Source: Rhodospirillaceae bacterium
Lineage (GTDB): Bacteria; Pseudomonadota; Alphaproteobacteria; UBA6615
Direction of reading: 5' to 3'
NCBI GenBank assembly: GCA_038140435.1
Contig: JAYQGE010000002.1
Coordinates: forward strand, 9,218-73,217
DNA: 64,000 bases
This document shows, one piece after another, positions 17,751 to 28,635 of this stretch (position 1 is the first letter of the stretch; each line of letters opens with the position of its first letter). The notes under the pieces were generated by a model that saw only the letters and a list, made by a program, of their open reading frames with translations, was not told the DNA's origin and ran no database searches. Made by a program: the position numbers and the translations under genes.

Positions 17751-19123
17751 AACCTGTCATGATCGCGAATGCCGCGCGCGGCGCTGTTGCGTTGTCGCTC
17801 GGCCTGTTTTTGATCGCTGCCGCGGTGGTGGGCGTGTCTCCGGCGCGCGCCTTCGACATCCAGCGTGTCATCAGCCCCGGCGGGATCGAAGCCTGGCTGG
17901 TGGAAGACCGGACCCTGCCGATCGTCTCCGCCCGCTTCATGTTTCCCGGCGGCGCGGCGACCGATCCGGCGGGCAAGGAGGGGCTGGCGAAACTGGTGTC
18001 GGGTCTGCTGGACGAGGGGGCGGGTGAACTTGACTCTGAAGCCTTCCAGCGGCGGCTCGCAGACCAGTCCATCTCCCTGTCCTTCAGTGCCTCGCTCGAC
18101 GAGTTTTCTGGCAACCTGAAGACGCTCAGCCGCAACCGCGACGAGGCCTTTGACCTGCTGCGGCTCGCCGTGACCCAGCCGCGTTTCGATGCCCGGGCCG
18201 TCGAACGTATCCGCGCCCAGGTTCTGGCCGGCCTTGCCGCGCGGGTCAACGACCCGAACCGGATCGCGCAGCAGACCTTCCGCGAGACGGTCTTCGGCGA
18301 CCATCCCTACAGCCGTCCGGTGTCCGGAACGCCCGAGAGCGTCGCCGCGATCACGGAGACGGATCTCCGAACCTTCGTTGCCCGACGCCTCGCGCGCAGC
18401 GCACTGATCATCGGCGTGGTGGGCGACATTTCTACGGCGGAGCTGGGCCCGTTGCTGGATGCGACCTTCGGCGACCTGCCGGAACGGGCGGAGGCGTTCA
18501 CCATTCCGCGTGCGGAGCCCGATGCCGCAGGTGAGGTGATCGTGGTCGAGCGCGACAATCCCCAGAGCCGGGTGGTGTTCGGTCATCGCGGCATCTACCG
18601 GGACGACCCGGATTACTACGCCGCGACGGTGCTAAACCATGTGCTCGGTGGGGGCAGCTTCACGTCGCGCCTGTATGACGAGGTGCGCGAGAAGCGCGGC
18701 CTCGCCTACTCGGTTTACAGCTATCTCTGGCCGCTTCAGAACGGCGCAATGTGGATGGGCGGTGTCGGCACCGAGAATGCCGCCGTCGGCCAGTCGATAG
18801 ACCTGATACGCGGGCAGTGGGCCAACACCCGGGAGTTCGCGATTTCCCAGGATGAGCTCGACCGGGCGAAGGCGAACCTGATCGGTTCATTCGGCCTGCG
18901 CTTCGACAACAGCTCGCGGATCGCGGCGACCCTCGTGGCGGTGCAGTTTCGCGACCTCGGGATCGATTTCCTCAACCGTCGCAACGACCTGATCGCGGCG
19001 GTGACCCTCGAGGATGTCAAACGCGTCGCTGCCGAGCTCCTGGACCCGGCGGGGTTGACCGTGGTGGTGGTGGGCAAGCCCGACGGCGTGACGGCAACGC
19101 AGACGATTTCCGAAGGCGGCTGA
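17747..19123 (+). CDS. M16 family peptidase partner subunit (non-catalytic, no HxxEH motif).
   Basis: It has the M16 inactive-domain architecture and a signal peptide. It overlaps the upstream M16 gene by 4 bp (ATGA). Confidence 0.8.
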   Translation: MKPVMIANAARGAVALSLGLFLIAAAVVGVSPARAFDIQRVISPGGIEAWLVEDRTLPIVSARFMFPGGAATDPAGKEGLAKLVSGLLDEGAGELDSEAFQRRLADQSISLSFSASLDEFSGNLKTLSRNRDEAFDLLRLAVTQPRFDARAVERIRAQVLAGLAARVNDPNRIAQQTFRETVFGDHPYSRPVSGTPESVAAITETDLRTFVARRLARSALIIGVVGDISTAELGPLLDATFGDLPERAEAFTIPRAEPDAAGEVIVVERDNPQSRVVFGHRGIYRDDPDYYAATVLNHVLGGGSFTSRLYDEVREKRGLAYSVYSYLWPLQNGAMWMGGVGTENAAVGQSIDLIRGQWANTREFAISQDELDRAKANLIGSFGLRFDNSSRIAATLVAVQFRDLGIDFLNRRNDLIAAVTLEDVKRVAAELLDPAGLTVVVVGKPDGVTATQTISEGG

Positions 19124-19243
19124 TCCCGTCGCGCAGGCCCCGGACGTTCTCCGACTCGCCCGAATTGTCCACAATGTGCGGGATTGCTGCCGGTCCGGCG
19201 GTCGACGCAAACTGCCGGCCCGGGCGAGGATAACGGGATCCGC

Positions 19244-20539
19244 ATGTCAGAAATCTACAAGCAGGATGTCAGCGGTTGCATGGCCGATGCGATCGGCGAT
19301 GGAGGCCTTTCGGAAGGTTCGCTCGCGTCCGCGCGCACGGCGGCGTGGGATGTCTGGCAGGCGATGCGTGACGACATGGCCGACGGCGGGTTTCCAGCGG
19401 TCTCCATCGCCACGCAGGACAAAGACATTGCGGAGATAGAGGCCGCCGTCGCCCGCCTGTCGGGTCACTGCGACACGGTGGCCGTGATCGGCGTCGGCGG
19501 GTCCAGTCTCGGCGCGGAGGCGCTGTGCGCGCTGGCTTCCACCCCGCCCGTGGACGTTCGATTTCTCAACAACCCGGATCCCGAATCCGTCGCGCGGTTC
19601 CGCGCATCGGTGGACCTGGCCCGGACGGGGGCGGTCGTCGTCTCGAAATCCGGTGGTACGGCGGAAACCCTCGCCCTTGCCATGACGCTTCTGCCGGACA
19701 TCGCAGGCCGGCGAGGGAACGATGCGGCGGCGGACTATGCGGTCGCAATCACCGAACCGGGTAACAACCCCCTGCTGCGGCTCGCCGAGAACTGGGATTT
19801 ACCCGTCGTTGCGCATCCGGTCGATATCGGCGGGCGCTATTCGGCCCTGAGCGCGGTCGGGTTGCTGCCCGCCGCGCTGGCCGGCGTTGACATCGCAGCG
19901 GTGCGGGCCGGCGCGGCCGAGGCGCTGGAGCTCAATCTGGCGGGCGACGACATTGACAATGTGCCCGCCGCGCTGGGCGCAGCTGTTTCGCTCGCGCTTC
20001 TGCAGAGCCGGGGCGCGCGCATGAGCGTCCTGATGCCCTATGCGGATGCGTTGGCGCCGCTTGCGCGCTGGCATCGTCAGCTCTGGGCCGAAAGCGTGGG
20101 CAAGGGCGGCCATGGCACGACACCTATCGATGCGCTTGGTGCGGTCGATCAGCACAGCCAGCTCCAGCTTTATCTCGACGGTCCCGACGACAAGATGTTC
20201 ACGATCATCGCTCAGCCCCTGGCGGGGCGCGGAGACCGCGTGCCGCCGGACCTGGCAACCTTGGCCGGCGCGGATTACCTGGCGGGACACACGACCGGCG
20301 ATCTCATGGCGGCGGAACAGGAGGCGACAATCGAAAGCCTCATGGCCCATGGACGCCCGGTGCGCCGGATAGACGTGGTGCGGGTGGACGCGGCGGCGGT
20401 CGGCGCGCTGATGGCGCACTTCATGCTCGAGACGGTCACCGCCTGCTTCATGCTCGGCCTCGATCCCTTCGACCAGCCGGCGGTGGACGACGGCAAGGCG
20501 CGCGCCCGTGCGCGTCTCACCGCGGCGGCAACGTCATGA
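19244..20539 (+). CDS. pgi: Glucose-6-phosphate isomerase (short-form PGI).
   Basis: It has the SIS domain and the PGI motif [13 protein letters not shown]. Start is chosen at MSEIYKQ, which has a ribosome-binding site. The ORF track starts it at 19184. Confidence 0.8.
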   Translation: MSEIYKQDVSGCMADAIGDGGLSEGSLASARTAAWDVWQAMRDDMADGGFPAVSIATQDKDIAEIEAAVARLSGHCDTVAVIGVGGSSLGAEALCALASTPPVDVRFLNNPDPESVARFRASVDLARTGAVVVSKSGGTAETLALAMTLLPDIAGRRGNDAAADYAVAITEPGNNPLLRLAENWDLPVVAHPVDIGGRYSALSAVGLLPAALAGVDIAAVRAGAAEALELNLAGDDIDNVPAALGAAVSLALLQSRGARMSVLMPYADALAPLARWHRQLWAESVGKGGHGTTPIDALGAVDQHSQLQLYLDGPDDKMFTIIAQPLAGRGDRVPPDLATLAGADYLAGHTTGDLMAAEQEATIESLMAHGRPVRRIDVVRVDAAAVGALMAHFMLETVTACFMLGLDPFDQPAVDDGKARARARLTAAATS

Positions 20540-22380
20540 CCATTCGCCGCCTGCCCGAGACCATCGTCAACCAGATCGCCGCCGGCGAGGTGATCGAGCG
20601 CCCGGCATCGGCCGTGAAGGAACTGGTCGAGAACGCGATCGACGCCGGCGCCCGGCAGATCGATGTGGTGTTGCGTGATGGCGGTCGCACGCTGATCTCG
20701 GTGAGCGACGACGGGTCGGGCATGACGCCGGAAGAGCTCCGCCTGGCGGTGGAGCGGCACGCGACGTCGAAATTGCCGGACGACGACCTGACCCATATCG
20801 CGACCCTCGGTTTTCGCGGAGAGGCGCTGCCGTCGATCGGCTCGGTGAGCCGTCTGACGATTGCGTCCCGCGTGGCGGGCGCGGACGGCTGGCAGATCCG
20901 CGTCGAAGGGGGGCGGGTCCACGACGTGCAGCCGGCGCCGCTCGGCAGCGGCACCCGTGTCGAGGTGCGTGACCTTTTCTATGCCACGCCTGCGCGTCTC
21001 AAGTTTCTCAAGACCGAACGGACCGAGATGGATCATGCGGTCGATACGGTACAGCGGCTTGCCATGGCCCATCCGGCAATCGGGTTCACCATTGGCGACG
21101 GCGAGCGGGAGCGCTTTGCGAGCGCCGCGACGGCGGACCTGGGTGGCGCGGATGACGCGCGGCTGCGCCGGCTTGGCGACGTGATGGGCCGTGAGTTTGC
21201 CGAGAACGCGCTTGCGATCGACGCCGAACGCGACGGCATCCGGCTTGTCGGGCATGCGGGCCTGCCGACCCTCAATCGCAACACCACGAAGCACCAGTAT
21301 CTGTTCGTGAATGGCCGGCCGGTGCGCGACAGGTTGCTGACCGGCGCGGTCCGCGGCGCGTACCAGGATTTTCTCGCCCGTGGCCGCCATCCGCTTGTCG
21401 CCCTGTTCGTCGAGATCGATCCGGAGCTGGTGGATGTGAACGTGCATCCGGCGAAGGCCGACGTGCGGTTCCGCGATCCCGGGATGGTCCGTGGGCTGAT
21501 CGTCGGCGGGTTGCGTCACGCGCTGGCCGAGGCCGGGCACCGGGCGTCGACAACGGTCGCGGATGCGGCACTGGGTGCCTTCCGGCCTGGTATCGCGCCG
21601 GCACCCGCCGGCGGATTTGGCGGCAGTGCGCGCGGCTTCGGCGGCGGCCGCGTGCCGAGCGGGCTTGCCGAGGCGGCGGCGCAGTATTTCGCTCCGCAGG
21701 AGACCGCCGGGACAATCCCTGGGCTTGACGCGGCCCCCGCCGCGGTCGCCCATGACGGCCAGGTTTCCGAAGATACGGACGGCTTGGCCGCGGAGGTTTC
21801 CTATCCCCTCGGCGCGGCCCAGGCCCAGCTCCACGAGACCTACATCGTCGCCCAGACGGCCGAGGGACTCGTGATCGTCGATCAGCATGCGGCCCACGAG
21901 CGCCTCGTCTACGAGCGCATGAAGGCGGCACTGGCGAATGGCGGGGTCACGCGTCAGGGACTGTTGCTGCCAGAGGTGGTCGATCTCGACGAGCCGGCGG
22001 CCGACCGGCTCGCGGCCCGGGCGGATGAACTCGCCGAGCTGGGGCTGGTCCTCGAGAAGTTCGGCTCGGGCGCGGTGGTCGTGCGCGAGGTCCCGGCGCT
22101 TCTCGGCCAGTCAGATGTGGCCGGCCTGGTGCGCGATCTGGCCGACGATCTGTCGGAGATCGGCGCGGCCCATTCGCTCAAGGAGCGGCTCGACGATGTG
22201 TGCAGCACGCTCGCGTGCCACGGCAGCGTGCGCGCGGGGCGCCGGCTCAACCGCGACGAGATGAATGCGCTTTTGCGCGAGATGGAAGTGACGCCCCATG
22301 CGGGCCAGTGCAACCATGGCCGCCCGACCTATGTCGAGCTGAACCTCGCCGATATCGAGCGGCTGTTCGGCCGGCGCTGA
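20536..22380 (+). CDS. mutL: DNA mismatch repair protein MutL.
   Basis: The N-terminal GHKL ATPase has [32 protein letters not shown], and there is a C-terminal dimerisation domain. It is 614 aa and has a 4-bp overlap with pgi. Confidence 0.95.
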   Translation: MTIRRLPETIVNQIAAGEVIERPASAVKELVENAIDAGARQIDVVLRDGGRTLISVSDDGSGMTPEELRLAVERHATSKLPDDDLTHIATLGFRGEALPSIGSVSRLTIASRVAGADGWQIRVEGGRVHDVQPAPLGSGTRVEVRDLFYATPARLKFLKTERTEMDHAVDTVQRLAMAHPAIGFTIGDGERERFASAATADLGGADDARLRRLGDVMGREFAENALAIDAERDGIRLVGHAGLPTLNRNTTKHQYLFVNGRPVRDRLLTGAVRGAYQDFLARGRHPLVALFVEIDPELVDVNVHPAKADVRFRDPGMVRGLIVGGLRHALAEAGHRASTTVADAALGAFRPGIAPAPAGGFGGSARGFGGGRVPSGLAEAAAQYFAPQETAGTIPGLDAAPAAVAHDGQVSEDTDGLAAEVSYPLGAAQAQLHETYIVAQTAEGLVIVDQHAAHERLVYERMKAALANGGVTRQGLLLPEVVDLDEPAADRLAARADELAELGLVLEKFGSGAVVVREVPALLGQSDVAGLVRDLADDLSEIGAAHSLKERLDDVCSTLACHGSVRAGRRLNRDEMNALLREMEVTPHAGQCNHGRPTYVELNLADIERLFGRR

Positions 22381-22385
22381 CGCAC

Positions 22386-22949
22386 CTATCCCGACCGGGC
22401 GAGAAAGTGGAGCGTCGTCTCACCGTAGCTCCGCGCATCGACGGTATCGAAACCGGGCACATCGTTCAGGGCGACCCCGCGCCGGGTCTCGACCACGCAC
22501 AGTCCACCTTCCGCGATCCAGCCGCTTGCGGCCAGCGCGGCGGGCGCTGTTTGCGCGATGTCGCTGTCGTAGGGCGGGTCGAGGAGTACGATCTCGCATG
22601 GTGTACCCGGTGTCGGCCGCGTGACATCCATACGCCGGACCTCGGCCCGGTTCGCGAGGTCGAGGGTGTCGAGATTGGCCTCGATCTGGCGAAGCGCAGC
22701 CCGGTCGGTGTCGAGGAAGACCGCTTGTGCCGCGCCGCGCGACAACGCCTCGATCCCCAGCGCGCCGGACCCGGCACAGCCGTCCAGCACACGTGCCCCC
22801 GCGATCTCGACGATGTCGCCGCTCGCGATGATGTTGAAGAGCGATTCGCGGATGCGGTCCCCGGTCGGACGTGCGCCCAGCGGAATCTCGATACGCCGGC
22901 CCCGGTGGCTGCCGCCGATGATGCGCAGGCGTCCGGGTCGCGATCTCAT
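22386..22949 (-). CDS. rsmD: 16S rRNA (guanine966-N2)-methyltransferase RsmD.
   Basis: The 187-aa ORF has motif I VLDGCAGSGALGIEALSRGA and the DPPY motif (LLDPPYD). Confidence 0.85.
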   Translation of the reverse strand: MRSRPGRLRIIGGSHRGRRIEIPLGARPTGDRIRESLFNIIASGDIVEIAGARVLDGCAGSGALGIEALSRGAAQAVFLDTDRAALRQIEANLDTLDLANRAEVRRMDVTRPTPGTPCEIVLLDPPYDSDIAQTAPAALAASGWIAEGGLCVVETRRGVALNDVPGFDTVDARSYGETTLHFLARSG

Positions 22950-23677
22950 GTGCGCGGCAGCTGCTCGGCGAGAATCTTCGGCGCGACCTCCTGCACATGC
23001 CCGCGCGGCAGCTTGCCGAGCTGGAAGGGGCCGTAGCCGGTGCGGATCAGCCGGTTCACCGTGTAGCCAAGATGCTCCATCAGCCGCCGCACCTCGCGGT
23101 TCTTGCCCTCGCGGATCGAGATGGTCAGCCAGGCGTTGCTGCCGACCTGGCGTTCGAGGGTGGCCCGGGCCGGGCGGAACCGGGTGCCGTCGATCTCGAC
23201 GCCACGCTCCAGTTTCGCAAGCGCGTCCGCCGCGATCCGGCCGTGTACGCGAACCCGGTACTGGCGGAGCCAGCCCGTGGCGGGCAGTTCGAGCCGGCGC
23301 GCCAGTTCGCCGTCATTCGTCAGGAGCAGCAGCCCCTCGGAGTTCATGTCGAGGCGGCCGACCGGCTTCGCGTTGGCCAGTTCCGCCGGCAGCGCCTCGA
23401 AGATCGTCGGCCGGCCTTCGGGGTCGCGGTGGGTGGTCAGCCGCCCCTGGGGCTTGTGATAGCACCAGACGCGGGCGGCTTCGCGCGCCGGCAGGGGCTC
23501 GCCGTCGATCCGGATGTCGGCGTCGGCGGGCACGTTCAGTGCCGGGGAATCGACCGGCTTGCCGTCGAGGGTGACACGCCCATCTGCGATCCAGCGCTCG
23601 GCCTCGCGACGCGAGGATACGCCGGCTCGCGCGATGACCTTGGCGATACGCTCGCCCCGGGGTGTATCGGACGTCAT
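22946..23677 (-). CDS. rRNA pseudouridine synthase of the RsuA/RluB family, with an S4 domain.
   Basis: It has an S4 domain (RIAKVIARAGVSSRREAERWIADGRVTLDG) and the catalytic motif GRLDMNSEGLLLLTNDG. It overlaps rsmD by 4 bp. Confidence 0.85.
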   Translation of the reverse strand: MTSDTPRGERIAKVIARAGVSSRREAERWIADGRVTLDGKPVDSPALNVPADADIRIDGEPLPAREAARVWCYHKPQGRLTTHRDPEGRPTIFEALPAELANAKPVGRLDMNSEGLLLLTNDGELARRLELPATGWLRQYRVRVHGRIAADALAKLERGVEIDGTRFRPARATLERQVGSNAWLTISIREGKNREVRRLMEHLGYTVNRLIRTGYGPFQLGKLPRGHVQEVAPKILAEQLPRT

Positions 23678-23690
23678 GGCCGTTCCAGGG

Positions 23691-24404
23691 TTACGACGCG
23701 GCGGCGTGGATGAAGGCGCGAAAGATCGCGTCGTCGCCGGCGGAGACCTTGTATTCCGGGTGCCACTGGACTCCCAGGGCGAAGCGGCGGTCGGTCGCCT
23801 CGATCCCCTCGATCACCCCGTCCGGCGCGACCGCGTTGACGACGATCCGGTCCGAGGCGTCCTTTGCGGCCTGGTGATGGGAGCTGTTCACGTCGAGAGA
23901 ATCGGTTTCCACGATCCGGTGGAGCAGCGTGCCGGACTTGATCGAGACGCTGTGGCCGGGCTCGTCGCGCGGGTTGGGTTGTTCGTGCGCCAGCGCCTCG
24001 TCGATTTCGTCCGGGATGTGCTGGATGAGGGTTCCGCCCAGCGCCACGTGGAGCAGCTGCTGGCCGCCGCAGATGCCGAGCAGCGGCATGTCGCGCTCGA
24101 GCGCGCCGCGGGTGGTGGCCAGTTCGAATGCCGTACGCCGATCCTTGGTGACGACCGTGGGGTGGCGTTCGCCCGCGCCGAACAGGGACGGGTCCACGTC
24201 GAAGGCGCCGCCGGTGATGACCAGCCCGTCGATCACGTCGAGATACTCCGCGGCCCGCTCGGGCTCGTGGGGCAGCGGCAGCGGTAGGCCGCCCGCCTCC
24301 GACACCGCGTCCGCGTAATTCTGGCGGAGCGCATACCAAGGCAGGTTCGAGTAGCTGCCGGGATCCTCGGAATCGAGGGTTATGCCGATGACGGGCCTGG
24401 ACAT
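23691..24404 (-). CDS. Class-I glutamine amidotransferase-like hydrolase (peptidase C26 / gamma-glutamyl-GABA hydrolase PuuD family).
   Basis: It has a catalytic Cys (LLGICGGQQLL) and a downstream HH/E catalytic context (NSSHHQA). Confidence 0.75.
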   Translation of the reverse strand: MSRPVIGITLDSEDPGSYSNLPWYALRQNYADAVSEAGGLPLPLPHEPERAAEYLDVIDGLVITGGAFDVDPSLFGAGERHPTVVTKDRRTAFELATTRGALERDMPLLGICGGQQLLHVALGGTLIQHIPDEIDEALAHEQPNPRDEPGHSVSIKSGTLLHRIVETDSLDVNSSHHQAAKDASDRIVVNAVAPDGVIEGIEATDRRFALGVQWHPEYKVSAGDDAIFRAFIHAAAS

Positions 24405-24470
24405 GGCGGCACTCTACGCGGCGCGGGCGCGCCGTTGCAATTTCGGTTCGGCCCGGGCACCGTCCGGCCC

Positions 24471-24923
24471 ATGAGTGGTGCAAACCATATGGACGCGGCC
24501 CTCGCGGCCGCGCGCGCGGCGGCTGACGCCGGCGACGTGCCCGTGGGGGCGGTGGTCGTCGAGCGGGCCACATCGCGGGTCCTGGCGGCGGCGGGAAACC
24601 GGGTCGAACAGGATACGGATCCCACCGCGCACGCGGAAATACTTGCGATCCGGGCGGCCGCCCACGCGCGCGGCGAAGCGCGGCTGACCGACTGCGATCT
24701 CTATGTCACCCTCGAACCTTGTGCCATGTGTGCCCAGGCGATCGCCTTTGCGCGGATCGGGCGGCTCTACTTCGGGGCGTATGATCCGAAGGGCGGGGGC
24801 GTCGAGCACGGCGCGCGGGTCTTCGACCAGCCGACCTGCAACCATGTGCCGGAGATCGTCGGTGGCCTTCACGAGGGCGAATGCGCCGGGATACTTCGGG
24901 CGTTCTTCGCCGCGCGGCGCTAG
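24471..24923 (+). CDS. tadA: tRNA-specific adenosine deaminase TadA.
   Basis: It has the CDA zinc motif HAEILAIR…PCAMCAQA. The start is uncertain, with alternatives at 24435 and 24489. Confidence 0.85.
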   Translation: MSGANHMDAALAAARAAADAGDVPVGAVVVERATSRVLAAAGNRVEQDTDPTAHAEILAIRAAAHARGEARLTDCDLYVTLEPCAMCAQAIAFARIGRLYFGAYDPKGGGVEHGARVFDQPTCNHVPEIVGGLHEGECAGILRAFFAARR

Positions 24924-24927
24924 GGCC

Positions 24928-26208
24928 TCAGCCTTCGGCCTCGCGCGCGACCGCGCGCCAGCCGATGTCCCGGCGGCAGAAGCCGTCCGGCCATTCGATG
25001 GCGTCAACGGCGGCATATGCGTTTGCCTGGGCATCCGTAATGTTCGCGCCGCGCGCGGTTACGTTCAGCACGCGACCGCCGGTTGCGAGGATCTGCGCAT
25101 CCTCGGCGGCGGTCCCTGCGTGGAACACCGTTGCGCCCGTCGCGGCCGCGTCGTCGAGTCCGCGAATTTCCGTACCCTTCTCGTAGGCGCCGGGATAGCC
25201 GTTCGCGGCCAGGACCACGGTGAGCGCGGCCTCGTCGGACCAGCGTAGATCGAAGGTATCGAGGGTGCCGTCGCAGGCCGCGACCAGCGCCGGGACGATG
25301 TCCGAGCGCAGGCGCATCATCAGCACCTGGCATTCCGGGTCGCCGAACCGGACATTGTATTCGAGCAGCTTCGGTTTCCCGCCGTCGAGCATCAGCCCGG
25401 CATAGAGCACGCCGCGATAGGGATGCCCGTCGGCCGCCATGCCGCGCACCGTCGGCAGGATGATGGTCTCCATCACCTCCGCCTCGAGCGCCTCGGTCAG
25501 GGACGGCGCGGGTGAATAGGCGCCCATGCCGCCGGTGTTGGGGCCGGTGTCGCCGTCGCCGACGGCCTTGTGGTCCTGGGCGCCGGCGAGCGGCAGCGCG
25601 CTCTCGCCATCGACCAGCGCGAAGAAGGAAAGCTCCTCGCCGGGCAGGAACTCCTCGATGACAAGCTCCGCTCCGGCCGCGCCGAACGCCTTGTCGTTCA
25701 TCGCCTGATCGACCGCTGCGAGCGCCTCATCGACGCTCTGTGCGACCGTCACCCCCTTGCCGGCCGCCAGGCCGTCCGCCTTGACCACGATCGGGGCGCC
25801 CTGTTCGCGGATATAGGCTTTCGCCGCGTCGGCGTCGGTGAACCGGCCATAGGCGGCCGTCGGGATGCCGTGGCGTGCGCAGAGATCCTTCATGAAGCCC
25901 TTGGAACCCTCGAGCATCGCCGCGTCGGCGCGCGGGCCGAAGGCCCTGATCCCCGCCGCATCGAGCCGGTCCACGAGCCCGAGCACCAGTGGTGCCTCGG
26001 GGCCGACCACGACCAGGTCGATCGCCTGGTCCGTCGCGAAGACGACGAGGCCGTCGACGTCATCGGCGGCGATGTCCACGCATTCGGCGTCCTGGGCGAT
26101 ACCCGCGTTGCCGGGTGCGCAGTAGAGCGCGTCGCAGAGCGGGGAGGCGGCGATGGCCCAGCACAGCGCGTGTTCGCGCCCGCCGCCGCCGACAACGAGA
26201 ATTCGCAT
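24928..26208 (-). CDS. purD: Phosphoribosylamine--glycine ligase.
   Basis: The 426-aa ORF starts [15 protein letters not shown] and has an ATP-grasp domain. It is divergent from xseA, which is a conserved arrangement. Confidence 0.95.
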   Translation of the reverse strand: MRILVVGGGGREHALCWAIAASPLCDALYCAPGNAGIAQDAECVDIAADDVDGLVVFATDQAIDLVVVGPEAPLVLGLVDRLDAAGIRAFGPRADAAMLEGSKGFMKDLCARHGIPTAAYGRFTDADAAKAYIREQGAPIVVKADGLAAGKGVTVAQSVDEALAAVDQAMNDKAFGAAGAELVIEEFLPGEELSFFALVDGESALPLAGAQDHKAVGDGDTGPNTGGMGAYSPAPSLTEALEAEVMETIILPTVRGMAADGHPYRGVLYAGLMLDGGKPKLLEYNVRFGDPECQVLMMRLRSDIVPALVAACDGTLDTFDLRWSDEAALTVVLAANGYPGAYEKGTEIRGLDDAAATGATVFHAGTAAEDAQILATGGRVLNVTARGANITDAQANAYAAVDAIEWPDGFCRRDIGWRAVAREAEG

Positions 26209-26272
26209 CGGTTGGATCCTTCCCTGGGTCCTTCGTTTCGAGGTCCGCAGTTTGTATTATGGGGGCGATTCG

Positions 26273-27820
26273 ATGAACCTGACGCCCCCCGATACCCCGG
26301 ACCTTCTGGACACGGCCCCCGGCGACAACCGGCCGCCCGTGGTCTCTGTCGCGGAACTGTCCGGCGCGGTCAAGCGCACGGTCGAAGACAACTTCGCCTA
26401 TGTGCGGGTGCGCGGGGAAGTCTCCGGGTTCAAGCGCGCGGCCTCGGGCCACCTCTACATGACCCTGAAAGACGCGGACGCGACGATGGACGCGGTGTGC
26501 TGGCGCGGGTCGGCGGGCCGGCTCGAGGTCCAGCCCGAGGACGGGCTCGAGGTCATCGCGACCGGGCGCATCACCACCTACGCCGCGCGGTCCAAGTACC
26601 AGCTCGTGATCGAACGGCTCGAAGTCGCCGGCGAAGGTGCGCTTCTCAAGATGATCGAGGAGCGGCGCAAGCGCCTCGCGGGCGAGGGGCTGTTCGACGC
26701 CGAACGCAAGGCCGACATCCCGTTCCTGCCCGAGGTGATCGGCGTCGTGACGTCGCCGACGGGTGCCGTCATCCGCGATATCCTGCACCGGCTGGCGGAC
26801 CGGTTCCCGCGCCACGTCCTGGTCTGGCCGGTCCTCGTCCAGGGCGATGCGGCCGCGGCGCAGATCGCAGCGGCGATCGAGGGCTTCAACCGGATCGCGC
26901 CCGGCGGTGATGTACCGCGCCCGGACCTTCTTATCGTGGCGCGCGGTGGCGGGTCGCTCGAGGACCTGATGGCCTTCAACGAGGAGAATGTCGTCCGCGC
27001 GGCGGCGGCGAGCGACATTCCGCTGATCTCGGCGGTGGGGCACGAGACCGACACGACCCTGATCGACTTCGCGTCGGATCGGCGCGCGCCGACCCCGACG
27101 GCGGCGGCGGAGATGGCGGTCCCGGTGCGCAGCGACCTGATCGCCCAGGTCGGGGAAGACGGCGCCCGGCTGACTGGCGCCATGAACCGGCTGGTCCAGG
27201 CGCGCGGACAGCAGGTGACGGCGCTGGGCCGCGGCCTTCCCGCACCCCGCCGCATCCTCGAAGGCGCGATGCAGCGGGTCGACGACTGGGCCGAGCGCTT
27301 GCGCCCGGCGCTGGCGCGGGTCGTCGCCGCCAAGGGCGAGGCGGTCACCCAGCAGGGCCGGCAGCTCGTCCGTCCCGAGCAGTATGTGGCGGCGAAGCAG
27401 CGAGATCTCGCGGCCGTGCTGGGGCGTCTGGCCGCGGCCAAATCCGCGGGCGATGCGAAGCTCGCGCGAGACCTGCGGGACGCGCAGTCGCTAGGCCAGA
27501 GACTGAAGCAGGCGGCCGACAGACGGCTGAAGAATGTTGATAACCGTCTCGTCGCACTCGACAAACTCCTGGAGAGTTATTCCTACAAGGGCGTGCTGGA
27601 GCGCGGCTTCGTGCTGGTGCGTGACGCCGCCGGCGCGCCGGTGCTGGCGGCCGATGCGCTCGCGCCGGGCGACGAGATTTCGCTCAGTTTCCGCGACGAC
27701 GGGATCGTCGGCGCGACCGTCGATCATGTGGGCGGTGACGCACCGGCAGCCAAGCCGAGAAAGCCGCGCGCCCGACGCAAGCCCGCCCCGGACGACGATC
27801 CCCAGGGATCGCTTCTGTGA
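26273..27820 (+). CDS. xseA: Exodeoxyribonuclease VII large subunit.
   Basis: It has an OB-fold N-terminus (VSVAELSGAVKRTVEDNFAYVRVRGEVSGF) and a catalytic domain (VVTSPTGAVIRDI, ARGGGS). Start is chosen at MNLTPPD. The ORF track starts it at 26153. Confidence 0.9.
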   Translation: MNLTPPDTPDLLDTAPGDNRPPVVSVAELSGAVKRTVEDNFAYVRVRGEVSGFKRAASGHLYMTLKDADATMDAVCWRGSAGRLEVQPEDGLEVIATGRITTYAARSKYQLVIERLEVAGEGALLKMIEERRKRLAGEGLFDAERKADIPFLPEVIGVVTSPTGAVIRDILHRLADRFPRHVLVWPVLVQGDAAAAQIAAAIEGFNRIAPGGDVPRPDLLIVARGGGSLEDLMAFNEENVVRAAAASDIPLISAVGHETDTTLIDFASDRRAPTPTAAAEMAVPVRSDLIAQVGEDGARLTGAMNRLVQARGQQVTALGRGLPAPRRILEGAMQRVDDWAERLRPALARVVAAKGEAVTQQGRQLVRPEQYVAAKQRDLAAVLGRLAAAKSAGDAKLARDLRDAQSLGQRLKQAADRRLKNVDNRLVALDKLLESYSYKGVLERGFVLVRDAAGAPVLAADALAPGDEISLSFRDDGIVGATVDHVGGDAPAAKPRKPRARRKPAPDDDPQGSLL

Positions 27821-28635
27821 GAGGCTGGGCCGTGGCCGTGGCCATGCTGGCCGCGACGTGCGGGACGGCCTCGGCCCTCGACCTGCCGGAAACCCTCTCG
27901 CAAGGCGCGCTCGTGATCTCGACCGCGGAACCGGGTGCCGCCGTCAGCCTCGACGGCAAGCCGCTTCGGGTCCAGGCGTCCACCGGACGATTTGTTTTCG
28001 GGATCGGCCGGGACCGCACCGAGCCCGTGACGCTCGCGATCGAGTATGCGGACGGCGTGCGGGAGACGCTGCGCTTGCCGGTCACGGGCCGTGACTACGA
28101 TATCGAGCGGATCGGCGGGCTGCCCCGCCGCAAGGTGACGCCGAACGCGGACGACCTCGCGCGCATCCGGCGGGAGGGGCGGCTGATCTCGGCCGCGCGC
28201 GCCCGCGACAGCGCCGAGGCGGATTTCGAGACCGGTTTTGCCTGGCCCGTTACCGGTCGGATCAGCGGGCGCTACGGCAACCAGCGTATCCTCAACGGCG
28301 AACCGCGCCGGCCCCATCTGGGCGTCGATATCGCGGCCCCGGCCGGAACCCCGGTCGTGGCGTCGGCGCCGGGCGAGGTAAGCCTTGCCGAGCCGGACCT
28401 GTTCTTCACCGGCGGCACCGTCGTCCTCGACCATGGCCACGGGGTCACCTCGATCTATTCCCATCTTGCTTCGGTGGATGTGGCGGACGGTCAGCGGGTC
28501 GCCGCGGGCGAGCCCATCGGCACCGTCGGCTCGACCGGGCGTTCGACGGGCCCGCACCTGGACTGGCGCATCAACTGGTTCGATGAGCGCCTCGACCCGG
28601 AATTGATCGCGGGGCCGATGCCGGCGGCGCATTAG
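27817..28635 (+). CDS. M23 family metallopeptidase (LytM-like), secreted.
   Basis: It has a signal peptide ending ASA-LDL and the M23 motifs HLGVDIAAPAGTPV and DHGHGVTSIYSHL. It uses a GTG start overlapping the xseA stop. Confidence 0.8.
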   Translation: MRGWAVAVAMLAATCGTASALDLPETLSQGALVISTAEPGAAVSLDGKPLRVQASTGRFVFGIGRDRTEPVTLAIEYADGVRETLRLPVTGRDYDIERIGGLPRRKVTPNADDLARIRREGRLISAARARDSAEADFETGFAWPVTGRISGRYGNQRILNGEPRRPHLGVDIAAPAGTPVVASAPGEVSLAEPDLFFTGGTVVLDHGHGVTSIYSHLASVDVADGQRVAAGEPIGTVGSTGRSTGPHLDWRINWFDERLDPELIAGPMPAAH

